From the NCBI GenBank assembly GCA_965207455.1, contig CBDBMJ010000001.1:448001-512000 (forward strand): 64,000 bases of DNA. Reading direction: 5' to 3'. The notes beneath the pieces are model-generated. The model did not search any database. It was not told where the DNA came from and saw nothing but the letters and a program-made list of their open reading frames with translations. Shown piece by piece: positions 1-11,200 of the stretch. Position 1 is the stretch's first letter. Every line of letters begins with the position of its first letter. The position numbers were made by a program, and so were the translations under genes. This DNA comes from Bdellovibrionota bacterium (GTDB lineage Bacteria; Bdellovibrionota; UBA1018; CAIPTA01; JAALKR01).

Positions 1-186
1 AGTGGGGGAGGCGTTCCAATCAACACGGTTAAGCACGGTGGCGAGGCAACTTTAAAAGTGCTGGACTCTTCCCTAACGGGTACCTATTTTTTTGAGGATC
101 AACCCACAGAGGCCCATAAAGATGCGTACTGTGAGGAACTTCGCGCTCGACTACGAGATTTGACGAACAAAATTCTGGAGAGCTGA
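1..186 (+). CDS. 3' end of a probable SDR-family oxidoreductase (partial)
   Basis: Frame 1 is open from the window edge (…GGEATLKVLDSSLTGTYFFEDQPTEAHKDAYCEELRARLRDLTNKILES*) and resembles the C-terminus of retinol-dehydrogenase-like SDRs. Its TGA overlaps the next ATG. Confidence 0.5.
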   Translation, partial: SGGGVPINTVKHGGEATLKVLDSSLTGTYFFEDQPTEAHKDAYCEELRARLRDLTNKILES

Positions 187-1331
187 TGAAAAAACTTATT
201 TTTTTATCAGCGGGTATGTTTACGATGGGCTGTAGTAGCTATATTATTGCAGGGCTTTTGCCAGGAATTGGTTCCACCCTTAATACATCTATCGCGGCAA
301 CGGGACAAGGTATCACTGCCTTTGGTGCCACGTACGTTGTTTGTGCTCCAATCTTTGCGGTTCTCTTAGCCAAGCAACCAGCTCGTCTTATTCTTCTTAT
401 CTCGTTGACTATTTTTGCCATTGGCAACGTTCTCACTCTCCTATCGACAAATTTTTCGCTTTATCTTTTCAGTCGTGCAATTGCTGGAGCTGGTGCGGGA
501 CTGTATTCTCCTATTTGTGTAGCGGTTGCGGTTCAACTGGTAGGGTCGGAAGCGAGGGGGCGCGCACTCAGTATGGTTTGGGGAGCAAACAGTGCAGGTG
601 CAGTGATTGGAGTTCCCTTAGGTCTTTGGCTTTCGGAAAAATACGGATGGCAGGCGTCTATTGGTTTAATTTTGGCTTTTGCTTTGTTCTCTTTCTTAGG
701 CATTGCGATTAAAAAAGTGGAACTCAATGTGAAGGCGCTACCATCGCTGAGAGAGCGACTGCGACTACTTATTGATCATCGAGTATTGTCAGTTATAGGT
801 ATCACCTGTATCACTGCCACAGGAAGTTTGGGTCTTTATTCGTATGTGTCGGCGATGCATTTTGGAGTTACAAATTCATTGATGTCTGTATTGTTTGTGT
901 GGAGCCTCGGTGGCCTGATCGGTAGCAACCTTGTTGGTTATGTTGTCGATAGTACTAGACAACCTCGTCAGGTGATGGCAGTGATTCTAGCGATTCTTAT
1001 GGTTTCAATATTTTTGCTTCCTATTCTTCACTCTCTTCCGATTATAGGTCTTTTGCCATTTTTTATTTGGGGAGCTATGGGTTGGGCAACCGTTACTCCC
1101 CAACAACACATATTGATTGGACTTCAACCCACACAGGGTGCAACACTTGCAGCTTTAAACGGTTCAGCACTCAGTCTTGGTGGCGTCCTTGGAGCAGCCT
1201 TCGGCGGCCTACTCATAGCAAGTGAATTTGATGCGAGAAACCTGCCCTATATGGCAGCTACTTTACTGTTATTTGCGTTTTTATGGCAATTGCTTTTAAT
1301 TAAGCAGTCTCCCAAGGAGGTAGCAGTATGA
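186..1331 (+). CDS. MFS efflux transporter (DHA1-like)
   Basis: 381 aa with about 12 hydrophobic segments and MFS motifs (SRAIAGAGAG, RGRALS, G..LG.WL...YGWQ). Confidence 0.9.
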   Translation: MKKLIFLSAGMFTMGCSSYIIAGLLPGIGSTLNTSIAATGQGITAFGATYVVCAPIFAVLLAKQPARLILLISLTIFAIGNVLTLLSTNFSLYLFSRAIAGAGAGLYSPICVAVAVQLVGSEARGRALSMVWGANSAGAVIGVPLGLWLSEKYGWQASIGLILAFALFSFLGIAIKKVELNVKALPSLRERLRLLIDHRVLSVIGITCITATGSLGLYSYVSAMHFGVTNSLMSVLFVWSLGGLIGSNLVGYVVDSTRQPRQVMAVILAILMVSIFLLPILHSLPIIGLLPFFIWGAMGWATVTPQQHILIGLQPTQGATLAALNGSALSLGGVLGAAFGGLLIASEFDARNLPYMAATLLLFAFLWQLLLIKQSPKEVAV

Positions 1332-2563
1332 ATCGTCCTGTAATTATTGTGAATCCTATCTCTTCAGGCTCGGAACTCGCACCAGCGTTTGCAAAAAGAA
1401 ATGTTCCATCGATTGCTGTGCGACCAATGCCATTGAGTAAACAAGGTTATATCGGCTTTGCAAGTCAGATTCAAAACGAGAACTTTCTCGAGGTGTATGA
1501 AAATGATCCTGGTTTGGTGGATCGATTGCGAAAGTTAAACCCGCTTGCCATTATAGCCGGTACTGAGATGGGAGTTCCGTTGGCAGATCAACTGGCTGCT
1601 ACTCTTATACCAAAGTTAGCCAATGTTCTTGAGCTTTCGCAGGCTAGGACTCACAAGGGCTTAATGCAGGAGGCATTGGAAAAAGCTGGTCTTCCGGTAA
1701 TACGCACTTTGAATACGGCAAGTGTCGATGAGGTTACAACTTGGCTGCTCGACCATAATCTGACAAATGCTGCCCTCGTGATTAAACCACCCGTTTCGGC
1801 TGGATCGGATAAAGTATTTTATATTTCACCTGGTGGGGATTGGAAAAAGATGTTCGATTATATTCTTGCCACGCCATCATTACTTGGGGGGCGAGTGAAC
1901 GAAACGGTGATCGTACAAGAGCATGTCACCGGTGTGGAGTATGCTGTTGATACTGTCAGTGCTGCGGGAAAACATGTGCTCGCACTCTTGAACCGCTATC
2001 AAAAAGTCTCGACAGGCAAGCACATGACAGTTTTCGATTATGTTGAGTTTGTGCCATTCGATTCCCAAGAGCACGGCAAGTTACTTGAATATACTGAGCG
2101 AGCCTTGGACGCTCTAGGGATTCGTTGGGGAGCTGCACATAGCGAGGTTATGCTCACATCGAAAGGCCCTCGACTGATTGAAACTGGAGCACGAATGTGC
2201 GGAGGCCCAGTGATTGGATTTTCACGAGCAGCCACGGGCAGCAGTCAGGTTGAACGAATTGTGGAAGCGTACTTGGACGGAAAAATTAGTACACAGAACT
2301 ATGACGTTAAACAAACTGTTGTTCCCGTCTTTTTAGCCTCACCAGTATCAGGCACATTACGCAATGTGGAGATACTCGATCGACTACAAAAACTGCCCAC
2401 TCACCTAGCCACGCACATGTGGCTAAGCAATGGTGACCATGTTCGGCGCACAGTAAACTTCGACACTGTTCTGGGTATCGTTGCACTAGCCGGAGATCGA
2501 AAATCCGTTTTCAGAGACTACAACCATGTTCGTGCAGTTGAAGCTAAGTTAATTATTGACTAA
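1328..2563 (+). CDS. ATP-grasp domain protein (L-amino acid ligase / NikS-DdaF-like)
   Basis: Motifs VIKPPVSAGSDKV, VQEHVTGVEYAVD and AHSEVMLT..GPRLIETGARMCG. ATGA-coupled to the MFS gene. Confidence 0.85.
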   Translation: MNRPVIIVNPISSGSELAPAFAKRNVPSIAVRPMPLSKQGYIGFASQIQNENFLEVYENDPGLVDRLRKLNPLAIIAGTEMGVPLADQLAATLIPKLANVLELSQARTHKGLMQEALEKAGLPVIRTLNTASVDEVTTWLLDHNLTNAALVIKPPVSAGSDKVFYISPGGDWKKMFDYILATPSLLGGRVNETVIVQEHVTGVEYAVDTVSAAGKHVLALLNRYQKVSTGKHMTVFDYVEFVPFDSQEHGKLLEYTERALDALGIRWGAAHSEVMLTSKGPRLIETGARMCGGPVIGFSRAATGSSQVERIVEAYLDGKISTQNYDVKQTVVPVFLASPVSGTLRNVEILDRLQKLPTHLATHMWLSNGDHVRRTVNFDTVLGIVALAGDRKSVFRDYNHVRAVEAKLIID

Positions 2564-2572
2564 GAATAAGAG

Positions 2573-3222
2573 TGATCTTTCCCGAAAAAACGGACACTTT
2601 TACACAACGCAGTGTTTTGTTTTTCTAACATAATCCATTGGACTCAAATATCCAATCGAAGAATGTAGCCTTTCTCGATTATACCAATTTATATATTCAA
2701 AAACCGCTCTCCTTGCCTCTGATACATCCTTAAACTTTGTCTTTCCTAACTCATTTTTAATCGTATGAAAAAAACTCTCTGCGTAAGCATTATCATAGCA
2801 ATTTCCCTTTCTCGACATTGATTGAGTAATCTTCAGTAAATTAAGTCTCTCTCGCACTTGTGTAGAACAGTACTGGCTCCCTTGGTCTGAGTGGAATACT
2901 AGCTTCTCAAGAGAGCCTGGAGCCTCGCTGATAGCATCAGTTATGGCTTTCTTCGTGTTTTCTGCTTCCATCGTATCGCTTACATTCCAACCTTTAATTT
3001 CTCGGCTAAATACGTCCATCACCATTACTAGGTAACAATGTCCCTTCTCTTTTGGCAAATAAGTAATATCAGATACCCAAACCTTATTTTCCTTTTCAGG
3101 TCGACATTCTTCAACCTTAACGATTCTTGCAGATTTCCTGTCGTTTGGATTACTAATTGTCGTTTTTGGACGAAACGCCTTCTTCTTATTCGCACACAAT
3201 TTCTCTTCGCTCATGATCCTTG
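2573..3222 (-). mobile_element. Truncated IS3-family element (right end plus OrfB integrase core)
   Basis: rve motifs WVSDITY, HSDQGSQY and SRKGNCYDNAYAESFF. An IS3-type terminus TGATCTTTCCCGAAAAAACGGACAC starts at 2573. The 5' part is cut off at the IS1634 end. Confidence 0.85.
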
Positions 3223-5131
3223 CTCCTGAGTTCATGCGTTCGGAGCATTGCGAAACTTCCGAGTAGCTGAAAATAAACACTTTATGCATTACATTATTTC
3301 GGAGGACACTTAACTTTTTCTGCCTTATTCTGATGTGTTGGATGTGGCTCTAGGAAAGATCGATAGGGTCCAATAGCAGGCGCGCTATCTCGTTGCGTTT
3401 TACTCCAAATGCCTTGTAAATCTTTTGTCCCTCTTCAGACATTTCCTCAGGAATAGCATATTGCTTTTTACTTTTAGATTCTTGTACTATCAATGTTTTT
3501 ATATCAGAAAGAGTATTTAAAAAACTTCGAGGACCAAAGGAAAACCTCCTAGATTTCAGGAAAATTTCTGTGTATCTTAAAATGATATAGGAGAGAAAAC
3601 ATATCATTATATGAGATTTTATTCTCTTAGAAAGCCGATGGAAGATTGGGCGCATTTTTAATGTATGTTTGTTGATTCTAAAAGACTCTTCTATTTTCCA
3701 CAATCTTTTATAGGAATACATTAAATCACGAGGAGATGCATTTTTTATATTAGTGCAAAGACCAGCAATGCCGTCCCATTGAGCGTCCTCTATCACAGCT
3801 TCTTTATTTACTGTTACACTTTCTTTTGATTTTTTAAGGAATCTACTAACCCCCCTATTACGAGTAAGTTTTTCTACTGCAATTTCTCCATTTTTTCCTT
3901 CTAGCTTCTTTATCATATCCAGCAACTTTTCTCTTCTATGCCTATCTAATTCGGCTCTTTTCCTGGAGTGAATAGCCACTACTCTTCTGCCATCATTGAG
4001 AAATTCAAATGCACTTCTATCCTCATCTATCAGGGTATAGTTATCTAAGTTTAAAACTTCTTCCTGTAATTTCTTTGCTATTTTCTTTAACGGACAGGAG
4101 ATAATATACTCCATAGAGCTATTACCATGGATTTCTTTATCCTCAAAATAAGAGAAATTCTTTTTTGAGAACATTGCTTTATCCGCAGTTACTCGAATCT
4201 TATTTAATTTATATTTCTTCTTGAGATCTTCCATGCAATGAATAAATGTTTTTGTTTCTGCTGTATTGCCTGGGAATACTTCGTATGTAATTGGCAGACC
4301 TTCGGAATCTGTGAGTAAGGCAAGCACCACCTGTACCTCTTTAAATTTACTGTCCTTACTGAAACCAAAATTTTTTAAATCTGTAACATTTATATTCTCA
4401 AAATATAACGTTGTTACATCGAAGAGCATGAGATCAAGAGTCTTGCTTTCTTCTATCATTTTTTTTGATAGATATGTTTTTATCTTTTCCTCCCTCTTAG
4501 AAAGGTGATCCATCATCTTCAATACCTGATCATGGCTGATTTTTTTTTCAAATTGATCTAAAATCACCTCAATTGATCTTAATTTGCTAGATGGTTCTAA
4601 GAGTCGAGAGAAAACGCAGTATTTTAAAATTTCATTCCATTCTTTATCCTTTCTTGTATCCGAAATTATTTTGTCGAAACCTAGCCTATCGTATACACTG
4701 CCTAAAATATCTGGAACACCGTTGTTTACGGAGACCTTCCCCTTCAGGTTATATAGATTCATGGCAATTGGCGCATGAAAGTTGATATTTTGTTTCTCTC
4801 CAGATTCTATGCTTCTCTTCATTTCCTTTGCGGCATTTTTCATGTATTCAATCCGAGCCGGATCCCTTGATTGCCCTATAGTTTTTACTACCTTTTGTTT
4901 GAGTTTGCCGTTCTCTCTGTATCCATGCATTAAGCGCACGACTGTAATTCCACCTTTTCTTTTTGGCGTTGTTATATACATATTGTTTCCTCCTTACCTT
5001 AATTTCTCTTTACATTGTATCGGAAAAATTTTCAGAAGACAACTAAAAGAGACACTTAACAATAAAAAAATAAATGCTAATTATATCGAGAGGTTAGAAA
5101 GAAAAGGCAATCCTACGCATGAACTCAGGAG
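3223..5131 (-). mobile_element. IS1634-family insertion sequence
   Basis: Perfect 17-bp inverted repeats CTCCTGAGTTCATGCGT (3223-3239) and ACGCATGAACTCAGGAG (5115-5131). The true ends may lie 2 bp further in (CCTGAG…CTCAGG). Confidence 0.85.
3350..4981 (-). CDS. IS1634-family DDE transposase
   Basis: Motifs FDVTTLYFE, GFSKD, VFPGNTAE, TADKAM and Y..LWKIEESFR..K..L.MRPIFH. Confidence 0.9.
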   Translation of the reverse strand: MYITTPKRKGGITVVRLMHGYRENGKLKQKVVKTIGQSRDPARIEYMKNAAKEMKRSIESGEKQNINFHAPIAMNLYNLKGKVSVNNGVPDILGSVYDRLGFDKIISDTRKDKEWNEILKYCVFSRLLEPSSKLRSIEVILDQFEKKISHDQVLKMMDHLSKREEKIKTYLSKKMIEESKTLDLMLFDVTTLYFENINVTDLKNFGFSKDSKFKEVQVVLALLTDSEGLPITYEVFPGNTAETKTFIHCMEDLKKKYKLNKIRVTADKAMFSKKNFSYFEDKEIHGNSSMEYIISCPLKKIAKKLQEEVLNLDNYTLIDEDRSAFEFLNDGRRVVAIHSRKRAELDRHRREKLLDMIKKLEGKNGEIAVEKLTRNRGVSRFLKKSKESVTVNKEAVIEDAQWDGIAGLCTNIKNASPRDLMYSYKRLWKIEESFRINKHTLKMRPIFHRLSKRIKSHIMICFLSYIILRYTEIFLKSRRFSFGPRSFLNTLSDIKTLIVQESKSKKQYAIPEEMSEEGQKIYKAFGVKRNEIARLLLDPIDLS

Positions 5132-5219
5132 AAAGAATAAGTGGAGAGTCGGATACTTTTTAATAAGTTTGGCAGTCGCAGTGATATTCATATTATTTTC
5201 TGCGGCTACAACTTGGAAA

Positions 5220-5268
5220 GTAAGCGGTCGGTGATCGGCAGTCTCTGATCTAGAGAAATTCTGTTATA
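5220..5268 (+). repeat. 49-bp direct repeat, left copy
   Basis: GTAAGCGGTCGGTGATCGGCAGTCTCTGATCTAGAGAAATTCTGTTATA is identical to 11610-11658. Confidence 0.95.
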
Positions 5269-5273
5269 ATGCC

Positions 5274-7007
5274 AGACCTTGGTCGGTTATACTATAAGCT
5301 TCCTCGCTCCATTCGAGCTTTAGTTGTGATTTGCAGATAGACCTTGGTCGGTTATACTGAAAACTAAAAAGTACAAAGGGAAAGAGTAGTTGTGATTTGC
5401 AGATAGACCTTGGTCGGTTATACTGAAATAGTTCATTATAAGCTATGGTTAGCGTTGTGATTTGCAGATAGACCTTGGTCGGTTATACTAAGAAAGAGGT
5501 TAAGTAATGATGGAACTTGTTGTGATTTGCAGATAGACCTTGGTCGGTTATACTTCTATATTGATGCCTCTTAGTTCGGTCGGTGTTGTGATTTGCAGAT
5601 AGACCTTGGTCGGTTATACTAATTTGTTTATGTGATAGTGTTGGGCGTGCTAGTTGTGATTTGCAGATAGACCTTGGTCGGTTATACTCAAGGTAATGCG
5701 TCGGTTGTGTGCACCACGGTTGTGATTTGCAGATAGACCTTGGTCGGTTATACTACAAGCTGCTAATGAAATTATAAAATTAAAGTTGTGATTTGCAGAT
5801 AGACCTTGGTCGGTTATACTCATTGTAATGCGTGCACATGTGGAATATCTGTTGTGATTTGCAGATAGACCTTGGTCGGTTATACTATATGCATACATGC
5901 CTACTAAATTGATTCCGTTGTGATTTGCAGATAGACCTTGGTCGGTTATACTTTAATTTCATGGGCAACCCTTTGGGCTACTTGTTGTGATTTGCAGATA
6001 GACCTTGGTCGGTTATACTGACTTAATTGTTGGCACGGAGTTTCCATCAGTTGTGATTTGCAGATAGACCTTGGTCGGTTATACTGGAAGAGATAAGGGA
6101 AGCAATGACTCTGGTGTTGTGATTTGCAGATAGACCTTGGTCGGTTATACTTATAGTGTCTTGTATAACACCGATATCTAGTTGTGATTTGCAGATAGAC
6201 CTTGGTCGGTTATACTCATCACATGGAATAGAGCAGGTGAAACAGCGTTGTGATTTGCAGATAGACCTTGGTCGGTTATACTGTAAGCCTAAGCCCTACG
6301 GCTGGGTTACTAGTTGTGATTTGCAGATAGACCTTGGTCGGTTATACTTGTAGAAGTATGCAATGCAAGCGGTCATAAGTTGTGATTTGCAGATAGACCT
6401 TGGTCGGTTATACTTAAAAGGCAAAAACGTGGAAGGCAAGAAGCGTTGTGATTTGCAGATAGACCTTGGTCGGTTATACTTTCTTGCAAGATGAGCATTT
6501 AGTGTCTTTAGTTGTGATTTGCAGATAGACCTTGGTCGGTTATACTTGGAACCCCAAAACCAGAGGGTGGAGTAAGTTGTGATTTGCAGATAGACCTTGG
6601 TCGGTTATACTCAGTTTAAATTAGTAGACGCTAAGCATGAGTTGTGATTTGCAGATAGACCTTGGTCGGTTATACTGGAAACAGTAGGCAAGCTCATCGG
6701 CTCATAGTTGTGATTTGCAGATAGACCTTGGTCGGTTATACTAAGTATCATGGTATGGGGGATCGAGGTATAGTTGTGATTTGCAGATAGACCTTGGTCG
6801 GTTATACTTAAGCCCCTCGCACCAGCAGGTATCTTTTTAGTTGTGATTTGCAGATAGACCTTGGTCGGTTATACTTCTATCTAATGTAATTGGAGATTAT
6901 CTTTAGTTGTGATTTGCAGATAGACCTTGGTCGGTTATACTTCAGATTCTCTTACATAATATGCATCTTTTGTTGTGATTTGCAGATAGACCTTGGTCGG
7001 TTATACT
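5274..7007 (+). CRISPR. Type II-C CRISPR array: 26 full 36-bp repeats, 1 truncated repeat and 26 spacers of 29-32 nt
   Basis: Repeat GTTGTGATTTGCAGATAGACCTTGGTCGGTTATACT. The first full copy is 5323-5358, the last is 6972-7007, and the 5'-truncated copy is 5274-5293. Strand is inferred from the 5' GTT and the 3' TATACT -10-like box. Confidence 0.97.
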
Positions 7008-7055
7008 AGCTGTGATGTAACTGTATGATTTTTTTGGATATACTGGCAATGCCAT

Positions 7056-7391
7056 TCAAAAAAATTCGATTTGAGACGGTGTTTTCTCAGTTCGTTTTTG
7101 CTCTTTTCCATAGTAAATTTGGATTTTTCCGAATTGCTTGTCGGTTATTTTGATAATTCGTACCTCGCCCTCTCGTGGTAAGGTTGATTTTACTCGTTTT
7201 GAATGGACAAGGGCATTCTCATCGCTGGCACAGTGTCGATAATACACTGAATATTGCATCATTCCAAATCCATCATTTAGAAGATTTTTCCTAAATAGGG
7301 TATACTGCCTACGATCTTGCTTGGTATCTGTTGGCAAATCAAACAAAACAATTAACCACATATTTTTCAAGCCTCCGAATACCAGGTTCAT
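7056..7391 (-). CDS. cas2: CRISPR-associated Cas2
   Basis: Motifs MWLIVLFDLP, GFGMMQYSVY and ITDKQF. Lies next to cas1 and the array. Confidence 0.95.
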   Translation of the reverse strand: MNLVFGGLKNMWLIVLFDLPTDTKQDRRQYTLFRKNLLNDGFGMMQYSVYYRHCASDENALVHSKRVKSTLPREGEVRIIKITDKQFGKIQIYYGKEQKRTEKTPSQIEFF

Positions 7392-8284
7392 GGTTTGCTC
7401 ACCAATGCTGGGTATTTAATATTTTTCAAAGACCCGTCTAGGCATCGCTTGAAATCGGCAACAAGATAGTGACAAGCTATCATCATTGGCATTGTTTTTT
7501 TGTTCATATACACTGTTTTACTCAAAAGTCCCAATATAGTTTGTTTTGTATCCTTGTCAATTTTCGCTTCTTTATCTTCCATCCAGATCTGATAAACTAG
7601 CCGATCCACCCATGGGCGAAATGGCTCCATTAAATCGTCAGCAAGGCAGAGTGAATTGTATTGGTTATGGTGATGGATACCGATCGCAGGGTGGAGTCCA
7701 CTTGCAACAATAGCGCGAGCGATTAAGGCGCGTATAATGGCATATCCATAGTTTAGCAGCGTATTTACTCCGGCTGCTTCATAGTTTCTTCTGAACGACT
7801 TTCCAAATAAACGAGGCCAGTAATGTTGTGCTGCCTGTGCTTCATAATTTTCTGCATCTCCAGATTTAACTTTTGAAGCCAGTTGTCCAAGAAGTGCTGT
7901 TTTCACACCCATCAGCGACAGTGTCCTCTCCTGCTCAGTGATTTTTTGCTGAACAATTTGCTTCCAAATTCGTTTTGTTGTGGGTTTATTTACATCAATT
8001 TGCATTTGCATCACCTTTTGGTGCAGAGTATGACCATCACTAACTGGAAGTATTACTGAATAAGGTAAATGTCTTTTATCGCAAAATACCATGGCAACAT
8101 TATTCTGCTGGCATAAGATAACTACTGCTTGGGTGATAACAATGGCGGGGTGCTGTAAAATTAATACGCCTAAATCTTCAATGGGAATTTGTCCTACCGT
8201 TTCTCCCTCTTTGTCAATTAATAATTGTTGGTGCTTGGCGCGGATATAGGCTTGTTGGGATATGTCCACAATACGTTTAATCAT
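7388..8284 (-). CDS. cas1: Type II CRISPR-associated Cas1
   Basis: Motifs EAQAAQHYW..LFG, LNYGYAIIR, GIHH and LADDLMEPFRP. Confidence 0.95.
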   Translation of the reverse strand: MIKRIVDISQQAYIRAKHQQLLIDKEGETVGQIPIEDLGVLILQHPAIVITQAVVILCQQNNVAMVFCDKRHLPYSVILPVSDGHTLHQKVMQMQIDVNKPTTKRIWKQIVQQKITEQERTLSLMGVKTALLGQLASKVKSGDAENYEAQAAQHYWPRLFGKSFRRNYEAAGVNTLLNYGYAIIRALIARAIVASGLHPAIGIHHHNQYNSLCLADDLMEPFRPWVDRLVYQIWMEDKEAKIDKDTKQTILGLLSKTVYMNKKTMPMMIACHYLVADFKRCLDGSLKNIKYPALVSKP

Positions 8285-11200
8285 TGATTAGAAATCCGAT
8301 AGCATTTATGCGGCGTAATTGGATTTTATATTTATCAAAATTTTCTTTGTTAATATTGAGATGGAGCTTCTCATCCTCTTTGCTCAAGGTAGTTGCTGTA
8401 GCAAGCCTTAACATAATTTTATTTGAGCTTGAGTCCAGTTTTTGTATACGATAAAAGATGCATTCGCCATTTTCATTTTCAATACTAACCGTATCGTTAA
8501 TATGCATTGCCATTATAAACTCATAATCTGCACCATGATCAACTTTAATTATGGGTTGTTTAGGTATGTTAATACCTCTCGCGCGATGTGATGCGTGCAT
8601 CATTGTTACAAATTCACCTTTGATTTTCTCTGTTTGTTTATTTCGAATAATCTCCACATGGTGGTTGTTGCCATAAGCCATCCATTTGAAAATATTCCCT
8701 TGTTTGTCTTTGACACCAAATTTAGTTTGCTCTAGTTTCTTTTTGTTGGTAGATGACTGTAGGATCCGAACACGCTTAATAGGGGTTTTACCATCTTCAT
8801 GATAAACTACACTATTAGAAAATGCCTCCTTGATAGATTTGAATTTTGAAATATGCCTTTTAACATTTTTCTTGACTATTTCATCGATAATTTTATCAAT
8901 AGTTTTAGTATTTAGATCAGTAAGAGCCTTTCTATAAACTAGACCGCCATGTTTTTTGACATAACCTGCTCCTGTTTCTTCGTGTAAGCCACCGGAAATT
9001 TTGCGTTGTGGTGCGTGTGAAACAATGGTATGTTTGAGTTTTTCAGCTAATTCCTCTCTGATATTTTTATACGGCGGTTCGATTTTAAGCTTATCTTGTT
9101 GAATCTGATCAACCGCTTTTTGATACAAACTTCTTGAAGTGGCAGCAATTACCACAGCATCAATGGCATGGTGGCGATGGTCGGTACGTTCTTTTGTGTC
9201 TGTCTCACCGATAAGGGTATTAAATCCCCATTGATGGCGAATTTCTGAAACAACAAAACCTTTAGTAACAGATATATCACAGCCTAGTTGTTCGACATAT
9301 TTCCGGGCTACTTTTGAAATGTAGCGAGTATCATTGAGCTGATTACTGATGAAGTCTCGTTTTTGCAAGTCATCTTCTGTTTGGTAAAAACGTGATTTTT
9401 TAGTTTCTAATGATTTATCCCACTTGCTAATCGCTCTTTTGATTTTACTCCACTTATCACTATCAGTTCCCCATTTATCTATTGGTGTCCGATTTGATTT
9501 TTCACGATTCTCACGGGCAAAGCAAAGTACTTTGTTCATATAAGAATCATCTAATGACTTCGTATATGGTAAGATATGGTCTATTTCAGTATCGGCAGAA
9601 AAAACTTGTTGTAGAGCAATATATTCTGTGCTGTATGCACAAAGTTCCTTTTGATCCTTCCACAGTCGGTATTTAATTTTATCATCTCTGGAAGCGTACC
9701 TCTTACCTAAATTCAATTCTGCAAATGCTTCTTGTGCCTCTTCATTGGCCTTTTGGTTCTCTTTTTGTTTTTTCTGATTTTCTTGGTAGCGCTTGGTATT
9801 CATCTCCAAATCTCGTGCCATTTCAATACGGATAGCATCTGGCTTGCCATATTTTTTGATGATAGCATTTACTACTCGCTTTAACTCATGCAAACCTTTA
9901 TTAACGATTGGGTTGGAAGTTTCAGGTGGTGCAGATAATTTTTCTTCGCCTATTTCTAGTGAAGTAGCGCTATCATTTCCATCAAATTTATAGCCGGCTG
10001 CTTGTCGTGCATCGCTGTAAATCATGCCATTTTCTAAATAAGGCAGTATTTTTTTTATAGCTTTAAGAGAATGATTAGAGTGAGATGGCTCAAACTCTAG
10101 CAAACACAGCTTGGTTGCTATTTTTTTATCAAAACTCCAATGGTTAATCAGCCGATTTTTGAGAACAGATTTTTTTTTGATGGTGAGTAAGTCTTCAAAC
10201 AAATCCCTTTGTTTATCGTCGCTCATTTTATCCCATTTTTCGTTTAGGACAGTTCGAATTTCACAGGCGGTGATATTGCCTTTTAAATTTTTTTCTTCTA
10301 AATTTATCTTGTTCGACTTGTTCAGACATAATTCTTTTTTAAGCTTTGCTGTTGTGATTTTTGGATGATTCTCAAAATAGGAAATGAGTTTTATTTTTTG
10401 CTTGTCGTCTAGTGAAAACCATTTCTCAGAATATTTATCAGAATAAGCTAGATTATTAATATCTTGCAAATAGCGAAAACGCTGCACTTCTAATCGTGCT
10501 ATATTAGCGCGATATTTTTTAGGCTCCAATGAACATCTTCCCACAAGGTTTTTTTTGAGTTTGAGAGGGCGTTGGTAAAAAATGATTTGCTTCACACCCT
10601 TTTTATCCTCCATAAAGTTATCTGGCAAATGGCCGAAATATTTCTTCTGCTTTTTCCAGATCAGTTGTAGCTCATCTTGGTACATTTTTCTATCGGTGCG
10701 AAGATGACCACCATCATGACTACGGTTTCGTTTGCATTCTCCCTGCTTTAATTTGTGTAGATACTCACCAAGAGTTCTTGCTTTAGATTTCTTTATGGCT
10801 TCTCTAAGTTCAGTAATATCTGCTTTAAATGCTGTTTCTTCTTTATCTTCATTTGATCCACTGTCTAATTCAGCTAAATATTCTATAGTATCTGGATCAT
10901 CAACTAAATCACCTGCTATTTGTTTTTTGCTACTCAGAAATCCACGGCGAGCAACAAAATGCAGTAAAACCCGTCCTAATTCATTCGGCGATAATTTTTT
11001 ATCTAATCCTTTAGCACGCAGTTTATAAGGACTCCCAATTTCATTTAATAATACTTCCGGCTGGAAACTATCTTGTAATTCTTTAGGAAGCAAATTAAGC
11101 GATACTAGATAATTGAGCATTCTTTGTTTACGTCTTGCACGTCTTTGAATTATGCGTCGACCTGATCGCATATTTCGCCTTTTTACATTTTTGGGTGTTG

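Noticed and set aside
3223..3289. N-terminus MHKVFIFSYSEVSQCSERMNSG of ORF 2600..3289
   Set aside because: It is read from inside the IS1634 end and is not IS3 sequence.
4782..5131. 150-aa + strand ORF 4782..5234
   Set aside because: It is mostly antisense to the IS1634 transposase and runs through the IS end. Only the part after 5131 may be a real gene remnant.
5205..5270. 49-bp repeat as an integron attC site (AAC…GTTATA)
   Set aside because: There are no complementary L boxes or extended hairpin between the putative R boxes, and no integron integrase in the window.
5359..5388. Spacer 2 resembling the IS1202 inverted repeat (AAAACTAAAA)
   Set aside because: It is only about 10 low-complexity bases. 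I saw no convincing self-targeting spacer by eye, though this needs a BLAST check.
5650..6353. ORFs 5650..5898 and 6156..6353 with repeated peptides
   Set aside because: They are translations of the CRISPR repeats.
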